Shown: in pieces, positions 17,319 through 29,990 of the stretch
Layout of the letters: every line of letters starts with the position of its first letter
How positions within the stretch are numbered: position 1 is the stretch's first letter
Assembly: GCF_009914755.1 (NCBI RefSeq)
Contig: NC_060926.1
DNA: 64,000 bases
Source: the human T2T-CHM13v2.0 reference genome, Homo sapiens
Reading direction: 5' to 3' (one strand)
Made by a program: the position numbers and the translations under genes
Notes under the pieces: model-generated
What the model saw: only the letters and a program-made list of their open reading frames with translations
Told to the model about the DNA's origin: nothing
Database searches by the model: none

Positions 17319-18495
17319 ATAATTAAGCCCTAAAATGCTCTTTGGTTAGAAATGATGAGATTTGTTCTTAGGGTAGTAAGAATTATTCTTATGTTATTAT
17401 TTTGTTATTATAAGAGCAAGAATTTTTAGTCCAATTATTACAGTCTCCTTTTAAACAAACACTTTATAAGTGGCTTTTGATTATCGCACCATTGTAAAGG
17501 GATACCAAAGGAAACCTGAGGATAAGGAGTGAGATGCTTGCTCTTATTTTCACACTGGCAGCTAAACAGACAAACTACTTTCTGCTTTTTAAGTGCTCGC
17601 CAGTTAAAGCTGCATGTGAGCACTATTGGTTTTTATTTGTTTGTTTGTTTTACTTCACTGTTTTTTTCAAAGTACTTTATGCTCATTAACCTATTTTCTA
17701 TGTGGATATTCCAATTAAATATTAGAACAAAAAGTTGTTTACTTTTAAGTTTCTTTTAGGAGAATGAAAGAAACTCCCGAATTTCTGCATTAGAATCTAA
17801 TTAAAATATAGAAAAGAAATTTATCTGTGAGTTCCCCCAGCTCTGCAAGATACGAATCATCTCTCATCACTCACTTTTTCAGGCCTCAGGATCAAACTAG
17901 TGCCAGAGGAGGACCAGGTGACTTTTTTTCTGAGGTAGAGAAGTAATGGGAGCCATTGTCATTCCTCTCACTTTTTAAATGGATTGAGCTGCCATGGGAG
18001 CTATTTGTCAACAAAAACAGACCAGAACTCATTAGTTAAATACAGATCATGTGAGATTCAGGGAGCAGCATATGGAGGGGTATAATGACAAACTTAAAAA
18101 CAGCCATTTGGTTACAAATTGTCTTAATATTAATAGTTACATTTTACCATTTAGTTACTACTTCCTAAATACTGCTATTTACCCATAATACGTAATAAAA
18201 AACTAAAAGATCGTGAAAGGAGGAGAGAAACAACGAATATACTAAAGTTGTTATGGAAAATCTTCGTAGACTTACAGATATTACACACATATGCATGTGG
18301 CAAAAATACTTTTTTTCCTTTCTGTCCACATTGTTTCAAAACTTTCAGGTGAATTTTTAATTCATTCATTCATATTTTTTTCTTCTATTTACAAAACAAA
18401 CATACATTTTGCAGCCATTAAGTTCCAGGGACTCCGGCAGGCAAAAGAAACTAAAGGCCAATAAAATTGTCCTCGAGAAGCTTGTATTTCTTATG

Positions 18496-18820
18496 CAGTG
18501 ATTTTCAAAGCATGTTCCTTAGAGCAACTACATGAGACGTACCATGGGAATTTGTTAATAATGCAGGCACCTGGATTGACTCCAAATTATAATTTCCGTG
18601 CATGAGCTTCCAAAGTCTTTATGTTTAACAAGCAACCTAGTTAATTCTTTTGCTTTTAAAAAATTTGCACACTGATCTAACTGCTTTGCTCCACTAAGTG
18701 TGGTCTGAGAAAGGACAACGGTATCTACATTTCTCATTCCAATTATATCCAAATTAGAGTCTTTTAACTTGTCATCCAGTGGTTCACATGTACTTCAAAG
18801 TCTAAAGAGTAATAATCTAG
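18496..18820. mobile_element. MER5-like hAT DNA transposon relics (two adjacent pieces)
   Basis: cagtgattttcaaag...tgggaatttgttaataatgcag...tttaacaagc pattern. Confidence 0.5.
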
Positions 18821-19115
18821 TCTATATGATTTCTGGAGCCAACCATATAATGATATTATGTGGAATGGTTGGTGTGTGCTGTGGGAGACACACCTAAAAA
18901 GTTCTCCAGAACTTGAATCCTACCATCACATATTATTCTATTTTTAACATTTCTCAGGTGAATCTGTTTCAACTACTATATTTTACTTGGGTTTCTTATT
19001 TTTGTTTGTTTATTTCTATTGGCACTGAAAATTTAAGGGATAGTGATATGTAGTTTAAGATGGGTTATCGTCTGGATATTTGCCTGGTGGAGGGGCATAT
19101 GAACAATGAATATGA

Positions 19116-19528
<413 letters not shown>

Positions 19529-19584
19529 TCAGCACATATTTATTAGGCTTCTTCTTTGAGCCAGGGATTTAGATAGTATTTAAA

Positions 19585-19845
19585 ATAATAATAAAAGCAA
19601 ATATTTACTAACCACTTTTACTACGTATTGATGAGTCTCCTTAATTGTCACATAAGTTACTGCATTTAACTGTCACAACCCTGTAATGGAGGGACAGTGA
19701 TTACTCTCGCTTTACAAGTAAGGAAGCTGAAGCCCAGAGAGGTAGAATAACTTGCTCAGAGTCACCGAGCTAGAATGGATTTTATTGGGAACTTAAATAC
19801 GTATCTCTTTCATCAGAGCCCTTCCTTTTAACCTCTATGCTATCC
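19585..19845 (-). mobile_element. MIR
   Basis: tttacaagtaaggaagctgaagcccagagaggtagaataacttgctcagagtcac. Confidence 0.7.
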
Positions 19846-20765
19846 TAATGCTCAGATTTCTGGGACTCAGATCACCGAAGCCCTTAATCAAACAAACCTG
19901 TGAAAAATTTATGGTGAAAATATTACATATGAGGCAAACAGGAGGGTCAATGGAAGTATGGAAGGAAGCAAGAATTCACGAGGAGACAGAGAAGGCCAGA
20001 AGATGCTTCCAGGGCACATGGACAGAGAAGGACAGTGGTATCCTAGCCTTATGGAGCAGAATGCACAACGGCAGAAAGCATGAGAGAACACACTGGGTGT
20101 AGGGAACTTAACATTTCTTGGTTTTGCTGGAGGGTGAGTTTTGAGACAGGGGAGAAATTGGAAATGATGGACAGAAAGTAAAGGATCAGATATTGAAGAG
20201 AATGATATGTCCTGCTAAGTATCTGACATTTCTCTTATAGGTGATACAAGTCTATTGAATAATTTTGAACTGATAAATTATTATATTTTGCTTCAGATAA
20301 ATTAATTGTCAAACATAGTGAAATCTTTTAAATAACAATAACTCCAAATGGTTTGTTACTGCAAATTGTAGTCTTCTGAGGGAACATATAAAAGAAACAG
20401 CTGTGTTTCTGAGAGAGTTTGTAGGCATTCTGACCCCAAGGAAAGGGTAAGCATGACATGTTTTCTTATACCAGAGGTCAAGACCTTCCCAGTGGTTTGT
20501 TTTTGACCTGGAAAATTTTGTGTGCACATTTTTTTCCCTCAGTCAGTGACATTATTCTTGCAGAGCAGGTGCATTCGAAAAATTATTTTGTGTTAATCTT
20601 TTATAAGCATGAATGATTTTTAAGCCATCATTTAAAAAATTATTCCTAGGTTTTTTGGTAGTTTTGGGTTCTAAAGACTGCATATTGTTAGGCACAATAA
20701 TTAATTGTGACGCACTCTACCCACAAAGAAATGTATACACCCATCAGCAAGTCTCCATTGGGCCA

Positions 20766-20910
20766 TCAAGTCGTCTGCCTGCCTCAGCCTCCCAAAGTGC
20801 TGGGATTACAGGGGTGAAACACCACACCCGGCAGCCTCAGGAAACTTTCAGTCACGGCAGAAGGCGACAGGAGAGCAAGCTCACCTTACATGGCCCATAC
20901 AGGAGGAAGA
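20766..20910 (-). repeat. Inverted local copy of 21712-21856 (MST LTR/Alu junction)
   Basis: Reverse-complement match over 145 bp, 5 mismatches by hand alignment. The same peptide appears in ORFs 20613..20975(+) and 21560..21952(-). Confidence 0.95.
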
Positions 20911-20990
20911 CTAAGGGAAAAAAATGTGCACACAAAATTTTCCAGGTCAAAAACAAACCACTGGGAAGGTCTTGACCGCTAGTATAAGAA
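20909..20990 (-). repeat. Inverted local copy of unique sequence 20463-20544
   Basis: Reverse-complement match over 82 bp, 3 mismatches. Confidence 0.95.
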
Positions 20991-21127
20991 GTAATTTTAC
21001 TAGAAGTAATGCTTTAATAACAACACCAACTCCAAGTACTCAACAACATGATACTTATAAACCTTTACCTGATTAAGCCATCCAATTAGCCGTTCAAAGA
21101 CTGTGTAAATACAGACATAGATGATGT

Positions 21128-21263
21128 CTGGGGGATTACAATTTGACATGAGATTTGGGCAGGGGCACAGGTCCAAACCATATCACCAGGTGATCACAGA
21201 AAACCAAAAAAGAGTAGGAATATTTAATGTAGACATGGTCATCTGTGGGTAAAGTCCTTCTTC
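21128..21263 (-). repeat. Inverted local copy of 21443-21577 (flank plus LTR 5' end)
   Basis: Reverse-complement match over ~135 bp that spans the LTR boundary (ccatatcaccaggtgatcacagaaaacc). Confidence 0.95.
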
Positions 21264-21520
21264 ATATCCTATTTATTTAACCCTCCTCAGAGTTAGCAGG
21301 GTTAGTCACACACTCATATGTACCTTTTTCTAGAAAAAAATAAATATTTCTAAAAGTTTGAATTAAGTGAACTAAATTATAGTTGACTAATTTTTAAAAA
21401 TAGAGTAAACAGTCACAATTTGGAGCACAAACCAAGAGGAAAGAAGAAGGACTTTACCCACAGCTGACCATGTCTGCATTAAACATTCCTACTCTTTTTT
21501 GGTTTTCTGTGATCACCTGG

Positions 21521-22217
<697 letters not shown>

Positions 22218-23029
22218 CCTGGCGAATGGAATTAAGTTACACGATGATGCAATTTAACTAAATTTCAAGGGATACGAACCCTGCTCACATTGATACGATT
22301 TCTGGTATCTACTACTTGTAGCATATGAAACAAATAATCATTGGCTTCTTACTCTGTGGTTAGCCTGGCATTAACCCAGGAGAGGAGGGTTCTTTGTCAT
22401 TCTCCCTAACTATGAGATATTGCTTATGAGGTAGCATAAAGCAGAGATCTCCAGCTTAGTGATTTTTTTTATGACCCAAATCAGGATACCAGCTTAAGCA
22501 TTTCAGCTCTTATGCATTAACAATCTGTATTCTATGTACATTTTTCATAGTAACAGCAATTTTGTGGTGTTTCCTTATTCTTCCCTTTTGTATCACAGTG
22601 GAGCCCATTCACTCTGTTTTTCCACACAGTATATCTTTCTAGGTCACACCCTTGCTGCCTCAAGAATTTTAACAAGAGTTATAAATCTGCAGTGTCCAGA
22701 TACCTGGAAATCTCTTGCTGACCTTATCCTTCATCATTTTAGCATGAGAATTTGGTATGACTTTGAGTAATGTTGTGATTTAAGAAAGCATATTACAGAA
22801 ATAGGTGGTGCCCTTTGTAACACAACAAAAATGCCATGAGCCCACAGGTCCTCTGTCAATAGGCCATTCTGTTGGTTGTTGGTTTTCCAGCTGTAGAGAT
22901 GTCATTAAGATGCTTCTACTTCCTTTTCTCAAATTAAACTGTTTTTCTATCTTATCTTTTTTTTTTTTTTTTTTTTTTTGCAATAAGTAACCTGTGTTTT
23001 ATTGGAAAGAACATAGGAAATCAATAAAA

Positions 23030-23220
23030 TTTAGGTTTGAATTCAAGCTTTGGCACCTACCTGCTAAGTGATTCTCGGATTCCCAATCTGTAAAATGGAT
23101 AAAACAAAGCCAGTTTCAAAAGATTGCTATACATTTTAAATTATGCAATACAAGTAAAATGCTAACATTTTATCTGCCATAGAGTTGGTCCTCATAAATA
23201 TCTAGTGTCATTGCTATTGT
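23030..23220 (+). mobile_element. MIR fragment
   Basis: atctgtaaaatgg core and 3' aataaatat-like end. Confidence 0.5.
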
Positions 23221-23225
23221 AATTA

Positions 23226-23514
23226 TTTTTTTTTTGACAGGGCCTCACTGTGTTGCCCAGGCTAGGGTGCAGTGGTGTGATCTTGGCTCACTGCAACTTC
23301 TGCCTCACGGGTTCAAGTGAGTTTCGTGCCACAGCCTCCCAAGTAGTTGGGGTTTCAGGCACCCACCACCACTGCTGGCTATTTTTTGTATTTTGAGTAA
23401 AGACAGGTTTTGCCATGTTGGCGAGGCTGATCTCAAACTTCTGGCCTCAAGTGCTCCACCCGCCTCAGCCTCCCAAATTGCTGGGATTACAGGCGTGAGC
23501 CACCACACTTGGCC
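23226..23514 (-). mobile_element. Alu (AluS/J)
   Basis: Full antisense dimer. Confidence 0.95.
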
Positions 23515-25060
23515 TAATATTTTGAACACATTTTACTCTTGGCTATTGATGCACGGAGTGTTAGAGTTGAAATAGTTCTTAATTTTGGTCTCTCCTACTG
23601 TAGATCAGGAAGGCAAGAGATAGAGAGGACAAATGAGCTATTCAAAGAGCAGAGGGTCACAAATAGAACTAGCGTTCTCCTCAAGCCATCTTGATCCATC
23701 AGTTTCAATTCATGCTATAATCTATTGTATAGTATCTGCTCTATGTTGATATTTCCTTACTGGTAGCAGTATTCCTCTTCCCACCTCATAGTGTATACTT
23801 GTATATCATTTTGAAGTTGCAGCTAATAATCAAGGACTCTGTCTAATGTTTCATGTGAAACCCTTGGACTTCATGATATTTTGAATGTTAAATAATTTCA
23901 TCATTTTAATAGTTTATCTCAGCAATGGCGTATGCAAAATTAGCTGGATGAAGAGTGTTATCTGACCAAGGCCAAAATCTGTAGCCCAGAGACATAGTAC
24001 ATTTTCCCTGGCCCAGTGGTGCTGGAATATATTTAAGCCTTTACAGCAAACTAAAACAATTCATTTAAGGAATTATGAGAGCCAAACTATTTTTTTTGAG
24101 CCTCTAACTGATACTTCATGTGCTAATAGAGAAAAATATTATGATGTCAATGTTTTTCTCTTTAAAATATAATGTAATGTGGCATGACTGATATAGCCAA
24201 TCTTGAATATTAGAAATGATGCATCATCACCTAATTCATCAAAATCAATCTTGAAAAGGTCAGACTTACTTGAAAAATAAGTTGATTGGCCTTAAATGAA
24301 CATACTACGATCTCAAAATTAGAGAGAGACCTCATGGTTTTGCTAAGTTGTTTTTTCAAAGTACCCTCATCACAAAATTTAGGCATGCAAATGTCAACAA
24401 TTTGTGTAGTTACGCATTTAAAAAGTCTTCTTCAATGGAAACACACAAAGTTTCATAACTTTCAGTGGCTGATGCCTACCGTAAATAACTACCACAGATT
24501 ACATAGTAAACTCTTCATTACTCAGGGATTGACCAGTCAGTTGGTAAATTAACTGCGTTCTAGATTTTTTAATTCTCTCTCCTCATTGCATGTCTGCTGG
24601 TTACATCAGTACTCACTAGCAAGTCAAACATCATGAAGGAAAAAAGCTAAAGAATATCCCATTGATTTTAAAAATTATGGAGAAAACGTTTAAAAATTGG
24701 CTTTCATTTGAAACTTTGAGTCTCTGTACACATAATATATCAAAGCTCCTTCTCTTTACTATTTATACAAGGCACTGTCTTGCGGTCAGTTATATATTTT
24801 AACAGGTGAAGAGCAGAGGCAGTAATTTTTTAAAAAATTTTTCTAATTTTTAATTTGTATAGGTATATAGTAGGTATATATATTTATGGGGTACATGAGA
24901 TATTTTGATACAGGCATGCAATGTGTAATCATCACATCAGGGTAAATGAGATAATCATTGCCTCAAGTATTTATCCTTTCTTTGTGTTACAGACATTCAA
25001 TTATACTCTTTTAGTTATTTTTAAATGTATACTACATTTTTGTTGACTGTAATCACTCTG

Positions 25061-25622
25061 TGTATTAGGCCGTCCTCACACTGCTATAAACAAATACCTG
25101 AGACTGAGTAATTTATAAATAAAAGAGCTGTAATTGACTCACGGTTCTGCAGGCTGTACAGGAAGCATAGCATCTTCTGGGGAGGTCTCAGGAAACTTAC
25201 AATCATTGTAGAAGGTGAAGGGGAAGTAAGATGCCTCACATGGCCAGAGAAGGAGAAACAGAGAGAGAAGGGAGAGGTGCCACACACTTTTAAAAGACCA
25301 GATCTTTTTTTTTAATTTTATTATTATTATACTTTAAGTTTTAGGGTACATGTGCACAATGTGCGGGTTTGTTACATATGTATACATGTGCCATGTTGGT
25401 GTGCTGCACCCACTAACTCGTCATTTAACATTAGGTATATCACCTAATGCTAACCAGATCTTACAAGAGCTCTATCATGAGAACAGCACTGGAAGGATGG
25501 TGCTAAACAATTAGAAACTGCCCCCATGATTCAATCACCTCCCACCTGGTGCCCCACCTCCAGCATTGGGGATTACATTTCAACATGAGATTTTGGGGAG
25601 AACACAGATCCAAACCATATCA
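25061..25622 (-). mobile_element. MaLR solo LTR (MSTA-like) nested in the L1MA 3' UTR
   Basis: Termini tgtattagg...ccaaaccatatca. Confidence 0.9.
25307..25452 (-). mobile_element. 5'-truncated young L1PA 3' end nested in the MST LTR
   Basis: ttattatactttaagttttagggtacatgtgcacaa. TSD accagatctt at 25297-25306 and 25453-25462. Confidence 0.93.
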
Positions 25623-26945
25623 ACCTGTTATACTATCAAATATTAGATCTTATTCATTCTATCTAATTATATTTAGGTACTCGTTAACCATTCTCAGTTT
25701 CCCCTGCATCTCTCACTACCACTACCCTTCCCAATGTCTGATAACTATCATTCTATTCTCTATCTCCATAGGTTCAATTGTTTTAATTTTTAGATCCCAC
25801 AAATAAGTGACAGCATGCAGTTTGCCTTTCTATTCCCAGCTTATTTCACTCAACACAATGTCCTCCAGTTCCATCTATGTTGTTGCAAATGACAGGATCT
25901 CATTCTTTTTATAGATGAATAGTACTCCATTGTGTACTGTACCAGATTTTCTTTATCCATTCATCTGTTGATGGATACTTTGGTAGATCCCAAATCTTGG
26001 CTATTGTGAATAGTGCTGCAATAAATACAGAGTGCAGATATCTCTTCAGTATACTGATGTCCTTTCTTTTGGGTACATACCGAGCAATGGGATTGCTGGA
26101 TTATATAGTAGTTCTATTTTTAGTTTCCTGAGGAATATTCTAGGATAAAAAGATTTTTGTTTTCTTTCAGCACTTTAAATATGACATGCCATTCTCTCCT
26201 GGACTGATATATTGATATATTGTATATAGTCTGCTGCCAGATATATTGGAATGCCTTTGTGTGTTATTTTTTCTCTTGCTACTTTTAAGATTCTTTCTTT
26301 ATTTCTGACCTTTGTGAGTTTGCTTATTAAATATCTTGAGGTAATCTTATTTGGGTTAAATATCAGCGTTCTATAAATTTCCTGTACTTGAATGTTGATA
26401 TCTTTCTCTAACTTTGGAAAGTTCTATCTTATTATTTCTTTGAATAAACTTTCTACTTCTACCCAGCTGAATTCTGCCCTGTGTTGCTTTCCACTGTGAC
26501 CAGGAAGCACTGAGTTCTAATGCAAAGTCCCGCAATCACTGCACTCACCCTCTCTCAAGTGCACTGATTTTCTTTCTGTGCCATGTGGTCCAGACCAGGG
26601 GACGGCAGAGGGATGGTATCAGTAATTCAAGACTGTCTTTCCTACCCTCTTCCATGCTTCTTTTCTTGATATTATGTTAAAACCAGGTATTGTAATCACT
26701 CATCCAAGTTTTGGTTCTTCTGAAGGTGCTTTCTTGTGTGAATAGTTGTTCACTTTGGTGTTGCTGTTGTGGAGTCGATCACTGGAGGGTTCTATTTGGC
26801 CATGTTGCTCTGCAGAGGCAGTAATTTTGATTTATCAATTCTATTAGTTTATAGGGGTTTTGTTTGATTCCTTTTACTAATCTTATGAGTAATTTTCTCA
26901 AACTTGTGTTTGCATAAGAGAGCCATTTTGTGTGTGCTGAAAGGC

Positions 26946-26982
26946 TGTGTGTGTGTGTCTGTGTGTGTATGTGTGTGTGTGT
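26946..26982. repeat. Imperfect (TG)n microsatellite
   Basis: Seen directly. Confidence 0.9.
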
Positions 26983-29139
26983 TGCTTAATGTCAAATAGA
27001 TTCAAACTATTGGTAATTTTGAATTGACCAGCTGTTTTCATGTAAAAGCAATGATAATCAACATTTTGGTGAGATAGGGAGGTAACTTAAGATTCTAGTA
27101 ATTAACCAAGGTGTAAGCAACTTAAAATTATTTCCATCTGTAAAATTATCATTTCAACAAATTATATTGTTTTAGAGCAATGACCATGTCAGCAATGACA
27201 ATGACAATGTAGCAATGACAAGGACAAAGTTAATTCTGGTTACAAAAGAAATAATTCTTGTTTAGTGAATCAAAGATCTCCACTCAAAATCACACCATTT
27301 GAATTCTTGCAGACTTTGAAGCTTAAATAGATTCTTAGCCTTCACAACCCCTGGGCATTTTTAATAAGAAGCATAGTGTGATTCTCTGCTTGGGTAAGGA
27401 AATAAAACAGAAATTTTTCTCAAAAGGGCCATAAGGTATATTACATCCAATTAGTCCTATCTTGACTCTGTGAAGTTGTCCCAAATAAGAGTGGGTGATA
27501 ACTGTTTGTAATTTCCAACCAGAGAATTCACCTTAGTTTGTACTTTGAATAGTTAATGCTTGGCAGTAGCAGCTTACTTTAATATAGGGGACATCTGGAA
27601 AATACCTTGTAAACGATGAAACCAAAACATTCAATTGTCCAAAAATATTATGGAGTGAAGAACACAACCACATATAATTAACTTAAATGTACACAGGCAT
27701 TATATTTGTTAAATAATTTATTAATAATATTATTTTTCAGTTCTTTTCATTCTTTGCAGGAAGTTATTATACATCAATTTTAATTATTTTAGTTTTATAT
27801 TTTCTGTTGTCTCCTGTGATTATTTAAATCAGAATTGCCATTTCCTAAACATAATTGCAGATTGAAACATGTGACTATATTTCTTATTTTAATTTTTTGT
27901 TTTATAAGCTTCATCTGGTACATATTAACCATGAACCTTACTCTCATTCAATTCAGCTCATGGTCAGATACCACAATTGAAGTAGTATCACTCCTATAAT
28001 ATTTTTACCATTTATTATTGAAAGCAGTTGAGAATTAATGATTTTAACAAAGTGACGTTTGTATACAGTTCCATTAAACAATTAAGATAATACTTGATCC
28101 ACAGAATACATTGGAAACTTTATAAATTAGAAATACGCTGAATAAATAGACAACTCATGCTGAGAATAAATGTTGAATAAATCAAACAAATGTTTCATCA
28201 TACTTGGATCCTTCCAATCAGTTATCTAATTTCTACAAATGTATTTTACATTTATCCTTTTAAGTCCATTTATAATGTCATCGCTCTTTGCCAACAATAC
28301 TAAATGTTAATTAAATTTTGAATATTTTAATCACTATTACATTGTGATTGAAAAAAACAGTGTATTCAATCTAATTTTAATGTGTCTCAACCTCAGAAAA
28401 TATTTTTCTCTGGTCATATTTTCATGAGTAAAAATTATTTCCAATTATATTTTAACCGTGTCTTTTTCATTATTTTAAACAGTAAAATTTTAATATGTTT
28501 ACTCCCTTCTTGTTTTATGAGTCTAAATGCTGTAAAATAACAATAGCCAATGTGAATTACGCAAGCATTTTAAAATGTAAAAAAAAGCACCTTGATATGA
28601 AAAGAAATGCTCAGTTGTACTCTCAAGACAAGAATTTAATAATAAATACTATGCTTAATGAAGACAGTTTCTAAAATTAAAAAACCCCAAAGTGATACAT
28701 AACACAGATATTAGTAACAAAAAGAGAGGCTAGATTACTTCTTGCTGATTCTCACCTACACCAGCCTCCAATAAATTTCTTTCTTTTGAAACTGCTTTTC
28801 ACCTGCTTATCTAAATGTGACTTCTATCTCTCTATCCCTCAGTCCTCCATTTGTCATGAATTGTTCTCTCACCTACTGTTCCCACAGTTCACTCTCTGCC
28901 CTGAAAATTGTAATAGTTTCTGTGTTCATAACTTAGTCTTACTCTCCAATGATTTCTCATATTTTATGATTACTGTTACATTAAATGTTTTATTTCCTTG
29001 ACCACATTGTAAAGTCATGGAGGACTGGAAGCATGTTTTATGCTTTTGGATTGTCCATTATATTGGATACAGTGCCACGGTCAACAGCGTATTGTATATG
29101 TACATTTATATGCTCCCAACATATGTAACCCTCTTCCCA

Positions 29140-29990
29140 TCATCAGCTTCTTTTCCCTTGTTTCAATGTTTCTCAACTGAGTAGCTCCAGCATGCCTACC
29201 AGCGGCCAAATCAAATTATCAGTATTTTCCCCAATCTAATAAATCAGTAAGTCTTATCTAGTATTCCTTCTCAATATATCTTGAATTTATCACTATCTCC
29301 CATTGACACTATCGTAGGTCAAGCCATTGTTAATCTATAACTTAGCTTGCACTGGCCTTCTAACTGGTGTAACTCTTCAAAATTGCTTCTTTCAAAACAC
29401 TTGCTTATTCAGTAGCCAGAGTGATGTTTCTAAAATGTAGACATAAGCTAATTTCCTGCTTAAAATCACCAGTTGTTTTTTATTTGGCTCATGATAAAGT
29501 CCAAGCTAAGCAGGGTAGCATAAAAGAACTATTATGATCTGGGGTCTGTCCACTTTGCCACCTCATGCCAAATAGCTCCCTTCATCACTCTCAATGTCTT
29601 GTTATACCAAATTATATCAAATACCTTTCCATTTTACATAACAGTGCACTTTCTACATGTATCTCCTCTTCTTCATATATGTATTCTCCTACACTTTACC
29701 AGCATGTGTTGATCTTAGATCTTTTTACAAAAGGCTTAGATGATTTCTCCTCCACTCTTGAAAGAAATATTTTATGTTCTCCAAATTTGCTTGCATAATT
29801 TCTTTAAATTTGCATGTATAATTCATTATGTTTCTCCCTATTTTAACAGTTGTCATTTACTGATGTTATAAGTATTCTTCTGTTTGCCCAGTCATCTGTA
29901 AGTAAATTACATGCAGAGGGCTATGTTTTCCCATAGTTTAATCCCAAATACTTAGTAAAAATATGTTTTTAAAATATTTTTAAATGAGTG
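29140..29990 (+). mobile_element. L2 relic fragments
   Basis: cagtagccagagtgatgtttctaaaatgtagac...cctgcttaaaatc...ataaagtccaagct is L2-like. Confidence 0.5.

Larger units (their letters stand above)
24830..26811 (-). mobile_element. L1MA-like element retaining its 5' end, an ORF1 piece and its 3' end, with large internal deletions
   Basis: Perfect 17-bp TSD gcagaggcagtaatttt at 24813-24829 and 26812-26828. 3' UTR/ORF2 end to ~26135, ORF1-like ~26136-26460, 5' UTR-like to 26811 (sense gagcaacatggccaaatagaa). Confidence 0.85.

Noticed and set aside
20613-20975. 120-aa ORF sharing a peptide with ORF 21560..21952
   Set aside because: The shared peptide is a by-product of the inverted Alu/LTR duplication, not a gene family.
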